Below are positions 38,145-46,405 of a stretch of 64,000 bases of DNA, piece after piece (positions within the stretch are counted from its first letter, which is position 1; each line of letters starts with the position of its first letter). The stretch spans positions 2,039 through 66,038 of the forward strand of contig SXSK01000192.1 in assembly GCA_005793375.1 (NCBI GenBank), read 5' to 3'. A program made the position numbers and the translations under genes. This stretch comes from Verrucomicrobiales bacterium (GTDB lineage: Bacteria; Verrucomicrobiota; Verrucomicrobiia; Limisphaerales; UBA9464). A model generated the notes under the pieces. It was not told the origin of the DNA. It made no database searches and saw only the letters and a list, made by a program, of their open reading frames with translations.

Positions 38145-38540
38145 TCAGGCGCCAGTCTCTGTGATGATGGTGTCGCCGTGCTCGTAGCAGGGTGCGCAGC
38201 AGCACAACAGCCGAAGCACCCCAGTTCCGGTATTCCAGAGTTTGTGCCGCTTGCCCGGTGGTATGGCGATGGCATCGCCGGTGTGGACATCGCGCAGTTC
38301 TTGGTCGATCCGCAGGCGTCCAGAGCCGTGGGTGATGTAGTAGATTTCCTCGGTTTTGATGTGATAATGCTCCTCGGTGGCTTGCCCAGGGAGCAGGCGC
38401 GCTTCGGCCAGGCTTTGATGGCGAATACAAGAATTGCGATAGGCCAGCAACTCGCGTATCTCGGATCCATCTTTGGTTACAAAGGCCGGAACATGGTCCA
38501 GGTTCATCAAATCCATGGAGACAACCTGTGATCTCTGCAC
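38145..38540 (-). CDS. Cupin-domain protein
   Basis: 'EEHYH...EEIYYITHG.G...GDAIAIPPGKRH' matches the cupin motifs. The start is GTG at 38540 or ATG at 38516. Confidence 0.7.
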   Translation of the reverse strand: MQRSQVVSMDLMNLDHVPAFVTKDGSEIRELLAYRNSCIRHQSLAEARLLPGQATEEHYHIKTEEIYYITHGSGRLRIDQELRDVHTGDAIAIPPGKRHKLWNTGTGVLRLLCCCAPCYEHGDTIITETGA

Positions 38541-38559
38541 AAAAAATCAATCCCTACAG

Positions 38560-41500
38560 CTACTCTATGTACACGAATTCGTTGAGGCCGAATAGAACCT
38601 GACACAGATCGATCAAGGCATACTCCCTGACCTTGAGGGCGTTCAACGCCACGTCATCCCGATAGGCTGCTGCTTGTTGCTCGAGGAAGGTCGTGGCGTC
38701 GGTCAGTTCCGTGGCTGTGGGTGGGCGCCCTACCGATAATTCATAGCCCTGTCGGACGGCGCGTTCCGCGGACACCGCGTATTCGGGTAGGAGGCGTCGG
38801 GCGAAATCGACAGCGCGTTGCCGGACGAAAGGGCTGTTTAGGAACATCAAAGCCTGGGGTGCTGTGATGGTCGCCGGACGGTTGGCGGCGCTCAGCACGG
38901 CGTCGGGCGCATCAAACAATTGCAAGCTCCGGCTCAATTGGCTGCGTTTGACCATGAAATAGACACTCCGGCGAAGATGGTTTTCGTCCAACGTTCCCGC
39001 GCCGCCCATGCGTCGATCCAACTGACCGCTGGCAGCCAGCACATGGTCTCGGATGACCTCGGCTTCGAGACGTTTTCGCGGGTAGTGCCAGAGCAGTACG
39101 TTCGATGGGTCCACTTGGGCGGCTTGGGCCATCCGAGGCACCATCGCGGCCTCGCGTGCTGTCTGGGAGGACGTCTGCTGCCAAACGGCAGAGTTCAGGA
39201 TGAGCCGATGCAGGGCTTTCATCGACCAGTTGCTGCGCACAAATTCTTGGGCCAGCCATTCGAGCACTTCCGGGTGGGTTGGCAGTTCGCCTTGAATCCC
39301 AAAATCATTGGGGGTGGTGACAATACCACGACCGAAATGCAGCGCCCAGACACGATTCACCATGACGCGTGCCAGCAATGCCCCGGCCCCGTCGTGCAGA
39401 TCGGTGAGCCAACGAGCCAAGGAACGACGGCGATAGGAAGTTCGCCAACCGGTGGGGGGAGGTTCCACCCAACGGGTTTCTGGCTGCCGCATGAGCACGG
39501 GGAGGAATCCCGCAGGCACGGCGTCCTGCTTCTGGTTCACGTCGCCGCGTCTCAGAAAAAACGTCTTCTCAAAAAAGTCCGCGCCTTGCGTGTGCATTCG
39601 CACCGCGGGCAGTCCTTCTGTCGCGACTAATACCTTGGTAAGTTCGGGTCTTGGTTTGGCGGCAAGGGAAGCGCTCACCGCCTCACTGCGGGCGCGCCAA
39701 CCTGAATCCAGCCACCGATGCCATTGACGCAGAGCTTCCATCTGCGCGGGAGTTCGCTGTGAGACAGGCGTGGTCCAGGCTTGTGCGGCGTCCAGCGCGC
39801 GGCGCATGGGTTTACCAACCAACTCCAGCGCGGGCGCCTTGAAGGGACTCGATGCCAGACCTTCGTAAGCGCGGCCGCTCAGCGAGAGCCGAGGGCGTCC
39901 GATGGCGTGACGGTTGTTGACCTCAAACTTGAGCGTGATGACCCAGTCCATTTCCACATCGGACCTCGTGGGTTCTGCGAACTCAAACGATGCCGCATGG
40001 TCTTTCCCGAATCGTGGATCAATGGCCCAACCGGTCTTCTTTTCGGTGTCAATGACCGATGCCACTGGAAGCCCCTTCTGTTCGAAAGTGGCTTTGGGTT
40101 GGGTTAGGCGGACGACATTGGTGGGCTGGTTGTTGCCGACGGGTCGGACTACTACATGAAGGTCGCTCAGGGCAAAGTTACCGTTGTCGGCGCGGCCTGG
40201 ACCTCCTTTGGTGAACGAGGCGTGTGATAGCGCCTCCACGCGCAAGGCGCTCCATTCCCCGGCGGGAACACGCGCAGTCAAGTGGTAGGTGTCGAAGTCC
40301 GGATTCTTTCCCGAGGCGAGCAAGGAGCCATCGGTTTGAGGCGTGAGTGTGGCACCGCCGATAGATTTGGCTTCGGTGAATTCGAGGATCAACCATGGAG
40401 GGAGTTCGGGACGATTGGCTGGGTGTGAGACCCACTCCTGAAAAGCCGATTCTAGCGAAGTGGTTTCATAATCCTTCAACGCAGCATTCCGCTCGGCATG
40501 TTCGCCTTCCCAGCGACGCAGCTGGTGTGCGTTCGCTTCGGGGTTTAGGTCCAGATCGACTTCGCTGCGCACCGTCGTGGTGAACGTCGATAGCAGCCGG
40601 TAATAATCCCTTGAGGCGATAGGGTCGAATTTGTGGTCGTGACATCGCGCGCAGCCTACGCTCAACCCGAGGAAGGCAACCCCGGTGGTGGTGACCATGT
40701 CGTCCAGGGCATCATAGCGCACGCGTTCGACCTCATTGGCGGTGATTTGGGTTGGGAAAACGCCGGCTCCCAGAAACCCGGTCGCCATCAGGGCTATGGG
40801 ATTGTTCGGTTCCAATTCATCGCCGGCCAGTTGCCATTGCACAAATTGGTTGTAGGGCATGTCGTCATTCAGGGCTCGAATCACAAAGTCCCGGTAGTGC
40901 CAGGCGGTCGGTCGGTCATAGTCGTGCTCGAAGCCGCTGCTCTCTGCGAACCGGGCGACATCCAGCCAGTGGCGTCCCCAACGTTCACCGTACTGCGGGC
41001 TGGCCAGGAGACGATCGATGGCACGTGAAAGAGACTCCGGCGACGAGTCCCGTTCGAGAAGATCGATGTCGCTGGGACTCGGTGGTAAACCGGTCAGAGC
41101 AAACGCCGCGCGCCGCAACAGGACCCGGCGTTCGGCCTGTGGCGATAAACTCAGGCCTTCTGACTGCAATCGCGATAGGACAAACCGGTCCAGGGCAGTT
41201 CTTGGCTCCGAGGATGTCGGCTCTGCCGCGGGTTTCAATGAGGGGATGGCCGGCGTCTGTAGAGGCTTGAAGGCCCAGTATTCCTTAGCTTCTTCAGGAG
41301 TCATAGGACGCCTTTTGGCCGTCGTGGGGTCAGCTTCACGCGGATCGGGTGCGCCCATTTTCACCCAGGCTTCCAGTGTCGCCACCTGCGCGGTGCTGAG
41401 CCGTTTTTTTGGGGGCATTTGGAGGTCTGGATCTGTCCAGCGCACCGCGGTGATCAGGCGGCTGGCAGAGACGTCGCCGGGCACTACCGAGGCCTGGCGG

Positions 41501-41895
41501 GATTCTCCGCCACGGCGGATGCCGTCGCGTGAATCGACCAGAAATTGACCTTTGAGTTTTTGCGACTGGGCGCTGTGGCATTCGTAACAATGCTCGATCA
41601 GAAGGGGTCTGACCTTCTCTTCGAAAAAGGCGAGTTCAGCGGGGGTTTGAGCTTGCAGCACGCCGAAGTTTCCCAGGGACCCCGCCCAGAAGATGAGTGC
41701 TGCGATCCCGCCTGACAGCCATGTCCCGGGAGCACGATCGAGGCGTCGCAGAGGGTTCAGGTGTGCTTGCGGGTCTCGCGGATTTTTGTACAGAGGAGCG
41801 TTCATGGATTCAGACCGGGCAAAGTCAACGACGACGTCACGAGATTCAGATTCGGGCAGTCGTGCTCGCGTGCGTTCGTAACACGACGATGCCAC
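38560..41895 (-). CDS. PSCyt1/PSCyt2/PSD1 (DUF1549/DUF1553) protein with N-terminal planctomycete cytochrome c
   Basis: 'FFEEKVRPLLIEHCYECHS' is the PSCyt1 CxxCH. 'RFAESSGFEHDYDRP' is PSCyt2-like. 'GCARCHDHKFDP' and a C-terminal PSD1-like region follow. The start is GTG at 41895 or ATG at 41805. Confidence 0.85.
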   Translation of the reverse strand: MASSCYERTRARLPESESRDVVVDFARSESMNAPLYKNPRDPQAHLNPLRRLDRAPGTWLSGGIAALIFWAGSLGNFGVLQAQTPAELAFFEEKVRPLLIEHCYECHSAQSQKLKGQFLVDSRDGIRRGGESRQASVVPGDVSASRLITAVRWTDPDLQMPPKKRLSTAQVATLEAWVKMGAPDPREADPTTAKRRPMTPEEAKEYWAFKPLQTPAIPSLKPAAEPTSSEPRTALDRFVLSRLQSEGLSLSPQAERRVLLRRAAFALTGLPPSPSDIDLLERDSSPESLSRAIDRLLASPQYGERWGRHWLDVARFAESSGFEHDYDRPTAWHYRDFVIRALNDDMPYNQFVQWQLAGDELEPNNPIALMATGFLGAGVFPTQITANEVERVRYDALDDMVTTTGVAFLGLSVGCARCHDHKFDPIASRDYYRLLSTFTTTVRSEVDLDLNPEANAHQLRRWEGEHAERNAALKDYETTSLESAFQEWVSHPANRPELPPWLILEFTEAKSIGGATLTPQTDGSLLASGKNPDFDTYHLTARVPAGEWSALRVEALSHASFTKGGPGRADNGNFALSDLHVVVRPVGNNQPTNVVRLTQPKATFEQKGLPVASVIDTEKKTGWAIDPRFGKDHAASFEFAEPTRSDVEMDWVITLKFEVNNRHAIGRPRLSLSGRAYEGLASSPFKAPALELVGKPMRRALDAAQAWTTPVSQRTPAQMEALRQWHRWLDSGWRARSEAVSASLAAKPRPELTKVLVATEGLPAVRMHTQGADFFEKTFFLRRGDVNQKQDAVPAGFLPVLMRQPETRWVEPPPTGWRTSYRRRSLARWLTDLHDGAGALLARVMVNRVWALHFGRGIVTTPNDFGIQGELPTHPEVLEWLAQEFVRSNWSMKALHRLILNSAVWQQTSSQTAREAAMVPRMAQAAQVDPSNVLLWHYPRKRLEAEVIRDHVLAASGQLDRRMGGAGTLDENHLRRSVYFMVKRSQLSRSLQLFDAPDAVLSAANRPATITAPQALMFLNSPFVRQRAVDFARRLLPEYAVSAERAVRQGYELSVGRPPTATELTDATTFLEQQAAAYRDDVALNALKVREYALIDLCQVLFGLNEFVYIE

Positions 41896-41932
41896 AATTC
41901 ATAGAGCCGACGCATCAAGGATTTTTGGTTTC

Positions 41933-41960
41933 CGCCCCCCCTCGGGGGCGCATCTCCGAG
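41933..41960 (-). repeat. Hairpin-repeat family, CATCTCC-tail subtype, copy K2
   Basis: 7-bp stem cgccccc/gggggcg (loop cctc), immediately followed by 'catctccgag'. Confidence 0.45.
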
Positions 41961-41988
41961 TTACCGGCGCCGCATTGGATGATGGGCG

Positions 41989-42021
41989 GAAAAGTGGCAA
42001 AGGGCTGCCGCATCTCCAATG
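41989..42021 (-). repeat. CTTTGGAG-flank hairpin repeat, copy K
   Basis: 'gaaaagtggcaaagggctgccgcatctccaatg' aligns at about 19/29 positions with copy C. Confidence 0.5.
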
Positions 42022-42051
42022 AACAGCGTCGTGCGACTCGAAGGGTGGTGT

Positions 42052-42082
42052 CTTTGTAGCGCGGAAGTCCTCGACCGCTTTC
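42052..42082 (+). repeat. CTTTGGAG-flank hairpin repeat, copy J
   Basis: 'ctttgtagcgcggaagtcctcgaccgctttc' aligns at about 24/32 positions with copy B at 46288. Confidence 0.6.
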
Positions 42083-42198
42083 GGGCAATTGCGGGCACAG
42101 CCGATCTCCCCATCTCCGACAACTCGGCGAGGCGCCCTTGCGACACCGGCTGCACGGTTCTCCTTTGCCCTGGGGGAATCTACGCCTATAAACGGCCC

Positions 42199-42876
42199 AT
42201 GCTAACACTGGCGCTGTTCGCGCAGACCGCCACTCAAACCACTGCGGAACCGGGTTTCTTTGGGAAATTCGGGATCATGCTCGTACCTTTATTGCTACTG
42301 AGCGCTGGGTCTATCGCGGTCATCGTCGAGCGACTGCTTCATTATCACCGCGAACAGATCAATTCGATCGAGTTCCTGAACGGCGTGAGGAATGTGCTTA
42401 AGAGCAACAATTCCTTCGAAGCTGTGGCCATTTGCGAAGCCACGCCGGGGCCAGTGTCCCGGTTGGTGAAGGCGGCGATCCTCAACCGGGAACACGGCCG
42501 TGAACGGCTTCAGGAGGCGTTGGAAGAGGTTGGGCTGACGGAAGTACCACGGTTGGAAGCTAATCTGAGTGTCTTGGCGACATTTGCACAAATTGGTCCG
42601 TTGGTTGGGTTATTGGGGACATTATTGGGATTCGTCGACGTGTTCCGTAAGCTTCAGGCCAGCCAAGGTGCGGCCGCGCCTGCCGAAGTATTTCGCGGAG
42701 TGTGGCAGTCGCTTTATGCGGCCAGCGGGGGTATTGCCATCGCGATTGTCTGTTATGCCGCTTACAATTATTTGGTGAGCCGCGTGAATGCCATCGTTCT
42801 CGACATGGAGAAAGCATCCGGTGAAGCGGCTCGGTTGGTATTTAACGAGCCTTCCACTGGTCCCAGCAGTCGATGA
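42199..42876 (+). CDS. exbB: MotA/TolQ/ExbB proton-channel family protein
   Basis: Three TM helices and the family signature 'LATFAQIGPLVGLLGTLLGF'. The ATG at 42199 is preferred, because the 60 upstream codons of the track ORF cover intergenic repeats. Confidence 0.85.
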   Translation: MLTLALFAQTATQTTAEPGFFGKFGIMLVPLLLLSAGSIAVIVERLLHYHREQINSIEFLNGVRNVLKSNNSFEAVAICEATPGPVSRLVKAAILNREHGRERLQEALEEVGLTEVPRLEANLSVLATFAQIGPLVGLLGTLLGFVDVFRKLQASQGAAAPAEVFRGVWQSLYAASGGIAIAIVCYAAYNYLVSRVNAIVLDMEKASGEAARLVFNEPSTGPSSR

Positions 42877-43295
42877 AACTTCCCCGAACCACTAAACTCT
42901 TCCGGGGACATCTAGACCCGGCGCCCTTGTTGTGCGTCCTGTTTCCGCTGGCCTTTTTCGCCTTGTTGCATCGATGGCTGGTGCTGCCTGTGGGCACTGA
43001 ATTGACATTGCCCTCGGATACCAACGGTGTCGCCCAAGCCTCGTATGAACCCTCGTATATCCTCGGCATCGATGCCGCCGAAAGGCTCTTCTTTGAGAAT
43101 CAACTGATCACCGATTTAGACTTGGCAAAACGGTTGACCGCGTTGGTAGCGCAACCAGGTAGCCCTCGAACCCTCTGGATCCATGCCGACGCTTCGGTTA
43201 CCTACGGGCGAATGACGACGCTTGGCCGCATTGCCCGTGATGCCGGGATCCTCCGTGTATTTCATGCATCGGCCCCGGTGCCTCCAGTCCCATGA
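42873..43295 (+). CDS. exbD: ExbD/TolR biopolymer transport protein
   Basis: 140 aa with a single N-terminal TM helix and an 'IHADASVTYGRMTTLGRIARDAGI' periplasmic domain. It has an ATGA overlap with exbB. Confidence 0.8.
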   Translation: MKLPRTTKLFRGHLDPAPLLCVLFPLAFFALLHRWLVLPVGTELTLPSDTNGVAQASYEPSYILGIDAAERLFFENQLITDLDLAKRLTALVAQPGSPRTLWIHADASVTYGRMTTLGRIARDAGILRVFHASAPVPPVP

Positions 43296-44077
43296 ATGCC
43301 GGTTTCCCTGCGCACGACCCCACTCAGGCCCCCTTGGCTTGGTCCCGCCAGCGCTGGATCAGCGTCATCGTGCTGTTGTTTGTTGGACAATGCGCGACGA
43401 TTTATTTTCTGGCGCAAGCGCCAGTGGCACCGGAATTGCCACCTCCCCATCGGACTCAGACGATTTTCGCTGCCATTCTCGGACCGGGCGATGGTTCATT
43501 AGAGGCGCATCCGTTCCATCCGGCAGCGATTCCCAAAGCCTTAAATCTCCAAGAATTGCGGTCGAGGTCGGGAGGATCCATACCGTATCCATTGGACGAT
43601 GCGGCGCCAGCGCGCCAGCGTCTTGGGGTGGCGACCAAGCCGGAATTGCTGGGTGCGCTCCTCCAGGAGGTGCGAGTTGTTCCCGTACCAAAAGTGGAAG
43701 CGTTGCCAGAACTGCCAGGTTCCTCTCCCGTGCGGCTTCGTCCGTATGGCACTTCTGCTCGGATTCTGGGGGACCTGAGTTCCCGCAGGCTCGTGACTGA
43801 ACCGCCACGTTTGGATTGGACCAGCCCGCAACCGTTACAACCTACCATCGTTCAAATCAAAGTGAATGGCCTGGGTGCGGTACTGTCTGGGGAATTAATG
43901 GATAGTTCTGGAAACAAGGTTGCCGATGCTCTGGCTCTCGATGTTTCCCGCAAACTCCGTTTTGAAGCGAAGCCTGGCATGCTGCCGACCGTCGCCAGTT
44001 ATCCCACCAACCTCGTTTGGGGCCGCGTTGTTTTTCAATGGGGAATGCCCGGCACCGATGAACCGTCTAACCGCTGA
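43292..44077 (+). CDS. TonB-like energy-transducer protein (divergent)
   Basis: ATGA overlap with exbD, one TM helix and a Pro-rich linker. The C-terminus 'IVQIKVNGLGAVLSGELMDSSGNKVADALALDVSRKLRFEAKPG' resembles the TonB C-terminal fold. Confidence 0.55.
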   Translation: MNAGFPAHDPTQAPLAWSRQRWISVIVLLFVGQCATIYFLAQAPVAPELPPPHRTQTIFAAILGPGDGSLEAHPFHPAAIPKALNLQELRSRSGGSIPYPLDDAAPARQRLGVATKPELLGALLQEVRVVPVPKVEALPELPGSSPVRLRPYGTSARILGDLSSRRLVTEPPRLDWTSPQPLQPTIVQIKVNGLGAVLSGELMDSSGNKVADALALDVSRKLRFEAKPGMLPTVASYPTNLVWGRVVFQWGMPGTDEPSNR

Positions 44078-44079
44078 TT

Positions 44080-44304
44080 GTGCCCGTCGAAACACTCATC
44101 TTCCTCTACGTGATCACCATTCTCAGTGGGATTGGTGCCCTGGCCCTTCACAACGAAATCCGCCGCCGCGGCTTTGAAACTGGTCGCACGAGTGACTGTG
44201 TGTTTCGATGCGAAAAATGCGGGTTTGTGTACACCGACGACCCGGGTGTCGACCGATCCCGGTGTCCACAATGTGGTCGCACCAACATGGCTTATGAATT
44301 CTGA
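44080..44304 (+). CDS. Membrane-anchored zinc-ribbon protein
   Basis: The GTG start lies 3 nt after the preceding stop. It has the TM helix 'LIFLYVITILSGIGALAL' and then 'CEKCGFVY...CPQCG' (two CxxC pairs). Confidence 0.6.
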   Translation: MPVETLIFLYVITILSGIGALALHNEIRRRGFETGRTSDCVFRCEKCGFVYTDDPGVDRSRCPQCGRTNMAYEF

Positions 44305-45379
44305 TGCGGTGATCCCACCCCGTGTCCCACGGCGGAATCAAACCAACGGGATACCGAAGTGGATGGGGGTCCTGGGCTGCCTGTTCCTTCTCATGAGTCA
44401 CTTCGTGTCGAACGGGGCGCAGGGTGAGCCGCTGCTGATACTGCACGAACGACTCGTCGAGGGCTGGCTCAGTCAACAGCCCGATCCAACAGATCCACAG
44501 GCAATGTTCGCCTACGTCGTTGCGAAACTTCCTGATGAGGTGACGGTTTATCCCTCCGAAAATTACTACTACTTCCAAATTCAGGTTTCCGGCCGCGCTT
44601 TCTGGGGGAATCTACGGTTGGCCAACGGCATGAGGGAACAGGGGATTGTCTCGTTTGCTTATGCAGAATTTCTCGAGTTCCCGCTGGCAACCACGAATCG
44701 CTTGGTCCGATCGTGGTTGCCAGGCAAGAAGGACGGGGTGGTCCTCCAGGAAACAGCCCCGTTGGACTGGAGGCTCACCTACCGGGGAAAATCGGTACGT
44801 TTCCGCCTTCACGCGTTGCGGCAGGAGCCGCCGACAAGGTTTGCATTGGGTCCGGATGAGACGTTCGTGATGCGGACGTTCGATGAATCCGGCTGCCAGT
44901 TCTTTTTGCTGTTCCATAGCGGGCGGAAACATTTCTTTTGGGTGTTGAACGAAGAAGAACCGGTGCCGGACACGTTCGATCCGGTGAGTGACGATCTACT
45001 GATCGGTCGGCGCACTGGATTTGCTTACTGGGTGGATCGGGCTCGGAGCCAGCGCCGAGTCCTGGTAGCCATTCGAAAAGCTAGCGCCCAGAGGAATGAC
45101 TATTTCGATGGTCCATTTGATCAACTCGCCGACAACGATGTCGAAAAGACGCGGATCGCCGACTTTATCCAAAAGGCCTATCCCATCACGCGCGGTAAGA
45201 TCGATAAGTATGGTTATTGGACCAATCGCACCGATTATCAACGGGTGGGTTTGGCGTGTTATGGGAGCTACGACTCACTGACCGAGCTTGCGGAGTTCAT
45301 GGCACGCGCCAAGGTCGCGCCCAGTTTGTTGGAGTTCGTTGGTCGCGCCCAAGACGGTCGGAAGCGGCCCAAGCCGTGA
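44294..45379 (+). CDS. Hypothetical exported protein (no recognisable domain)
   Basis: A long ORF with a signal-like 'MGVLGCLFLLMSHFVSNGAQG'. The start is ATG at 44294 (11-nt overlap with the previous gene) or ATG at 44363. The track start at 44126 overlaps the zinc-ribbon gene out of frame. Confidence 0.55.
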   Translation: MNSDAVIPPRVPRRNQTNGIPKWMGVLGCLFLLMSHFVSNGAQGEPLLILHERLVEGWLSQQPDPTDPQAMFAYVVAKLPDEVTVYPSENYYYFQIQVSGRAFWGNLRLANGMREQGIVSFAYAEFLEFPLATTNRLVRSWLPGKKDGVVLQETAPLDWRLTYRGKSVRFRLHALRQEPPTRFALGPDETFVMRTFDESGCQFFLLFHSGRKHFFWVLNEEEPVPDTFDPVSDDLLIGRRTGFAYWVDRARSQRRVLVAIRKASAQRNDYFDGPFDQLADNDVEKTRIADFIQKAYPITRGKIDKYGYWTNRTDYQRVGLACYGSYDSLTELAEFMARAKVAPSLLEFVGRAQDGRKRPKP

Positions 45380-45437
45380 TTTTTTGTTGACCAAGTCGGC
45401 CTGTTTGCGGCGGCATGAACAAATCCGATTTACATTT

Positions 45438-46277
45438 ATGACACGCCGTCAACTTTTCGCCCGCCTCAGCGGACTCGCCGCTTTGGCAATCACCGGATGT
45501 TCTCTCTCATCGCGTCAGGACGTTTTGGTCAACTCCCACTCCAGTGCAGCATCTGGCTATAGTGGAGGCTCTTCAAACGCGTCAGCCTGTTACGAATTGA
45601 GAATCTACACAATCAACCCCGGCAAAGCCGAGGCGTTGCATGATCGATTCCGCAACCACACGCTGCGTCTCTTCAAGAAGCACCATATCGAAAGTGTCGG
45701 CTACTGGATGCCGGTGGATGCGAAGGATCAACGGTTGCACTTTTTGTTGCGCTATCCGAGTCGCGAAGCGCGGGAAGCTTCCTGGAAAGCATTTATGGCG
45801 GATCCGGATTGGCAGGCAGCCTACAAGGCGTCGGAAGCTCCAGGTCCTATTCTGGCGAAAGGGCCGGAAAACTTCTTCCTGGAAACCACTCCTTATTCCC
45901 CGCCGGTTCGCAAAGGAGATGTCTCACACGGTGGCGTGTGGGAACTTCGTACTTACACGACCCCTCCTGGTCGGGTGGCCAATATCGACGCCCGCTTTCG
46001 CGATCATACCATCGCCTTGTTTGCCAAACATGGAATCGGCAACCAGGGGTACTTTCACAAGATGGCTGGTCAGGATGCTGCCGATTCGACGCTCCTTTAT
46101 TTCCTGACCCACAAGTCACCCGAAGCTGCCAAAGCCTCTTTCGGTAGCTTTGGGCAGGATCCCGCCTGGAAGGCCGCGCGTGAAGCCAGTGAAAAAGCCG
46201 CCGGTGGCTCATTGACCATTCCTGGCGGCGTGAAGTCGGTGTTCCTCAAGGCCACCGATTATTCACCAGCCAAGTAA
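45438..46277 (+). CDS. Tandem NIPSNAP-domain protein with a Tat/lipoprotein-type signal
   Basis: 'MTRRQLFARLSGLAALAITGC' carries an RR motif and a lipobox. Two NIPSNAP repeats follow ('YELRIYTINPGK...', 'WELRTYTTPPGR...'). Confidence 0.75.
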   Translation: MTRRQLFARLSGLAALAITGCSLSSRQDVLVNSHSSAASGYSGGSSNASACYELRIYTINPGKAEALHDRFRNHTLRLFKKHHIESVGYWMPVDAKDQRLHFLLRYPSREAREASWKAFMADPDWQAAYKASEAPGPILAKGPENFFLETTPYSPPVRKGDVSHGGVWELRTYTTPPGRVANIDARFRDHTIALFAKHGIGNQGYFHKMAGQDAADSTLLYFLTHKSPEAAKASFGSFGQDPAWKAAREASEKAAGGSLTIPGGVKSVFLKATDYSPAK

Positions 46278-46287
46278 CGGCACGTGG

Positions 46288-46318
46288 CTTTGGAGCGCGG
46301 TGACCCTCCACCGCTTTT
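46288..46318 (+). repeat. CTTTGGAG-flank hairpin repeat, copy B
   Basis: 'ctttggagcgcggtgaccctccaccgctttt'. The stem is gcggtg/caccgc. It lies 11 nt after the NIPSNAP gene stop, in sense orientation. Confidence 0.7.
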
Positions 46319-46368
46319 CAATGCGAAGTGATATTTGTTGGCACAGCGAACGCGGTGGAAAGCAAAAC

Positions 46369-46399
46369 AGAGCGGCAGCGGACTGCCGACACTCCAAAG
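46369..46399 (-). repeat. CTTTGGAG-flank hairpin repeat, copy C
   Basis: 'agagcggcagcggactgccgacactccaaag'. The stem is cggcag/ctgccg. It lies 7 nt past the stop of the minus-strand gene at 46406, in sense orientation. Confidence 0.7.
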
Positions 46400-46405
46400 G
46401 AGTCT

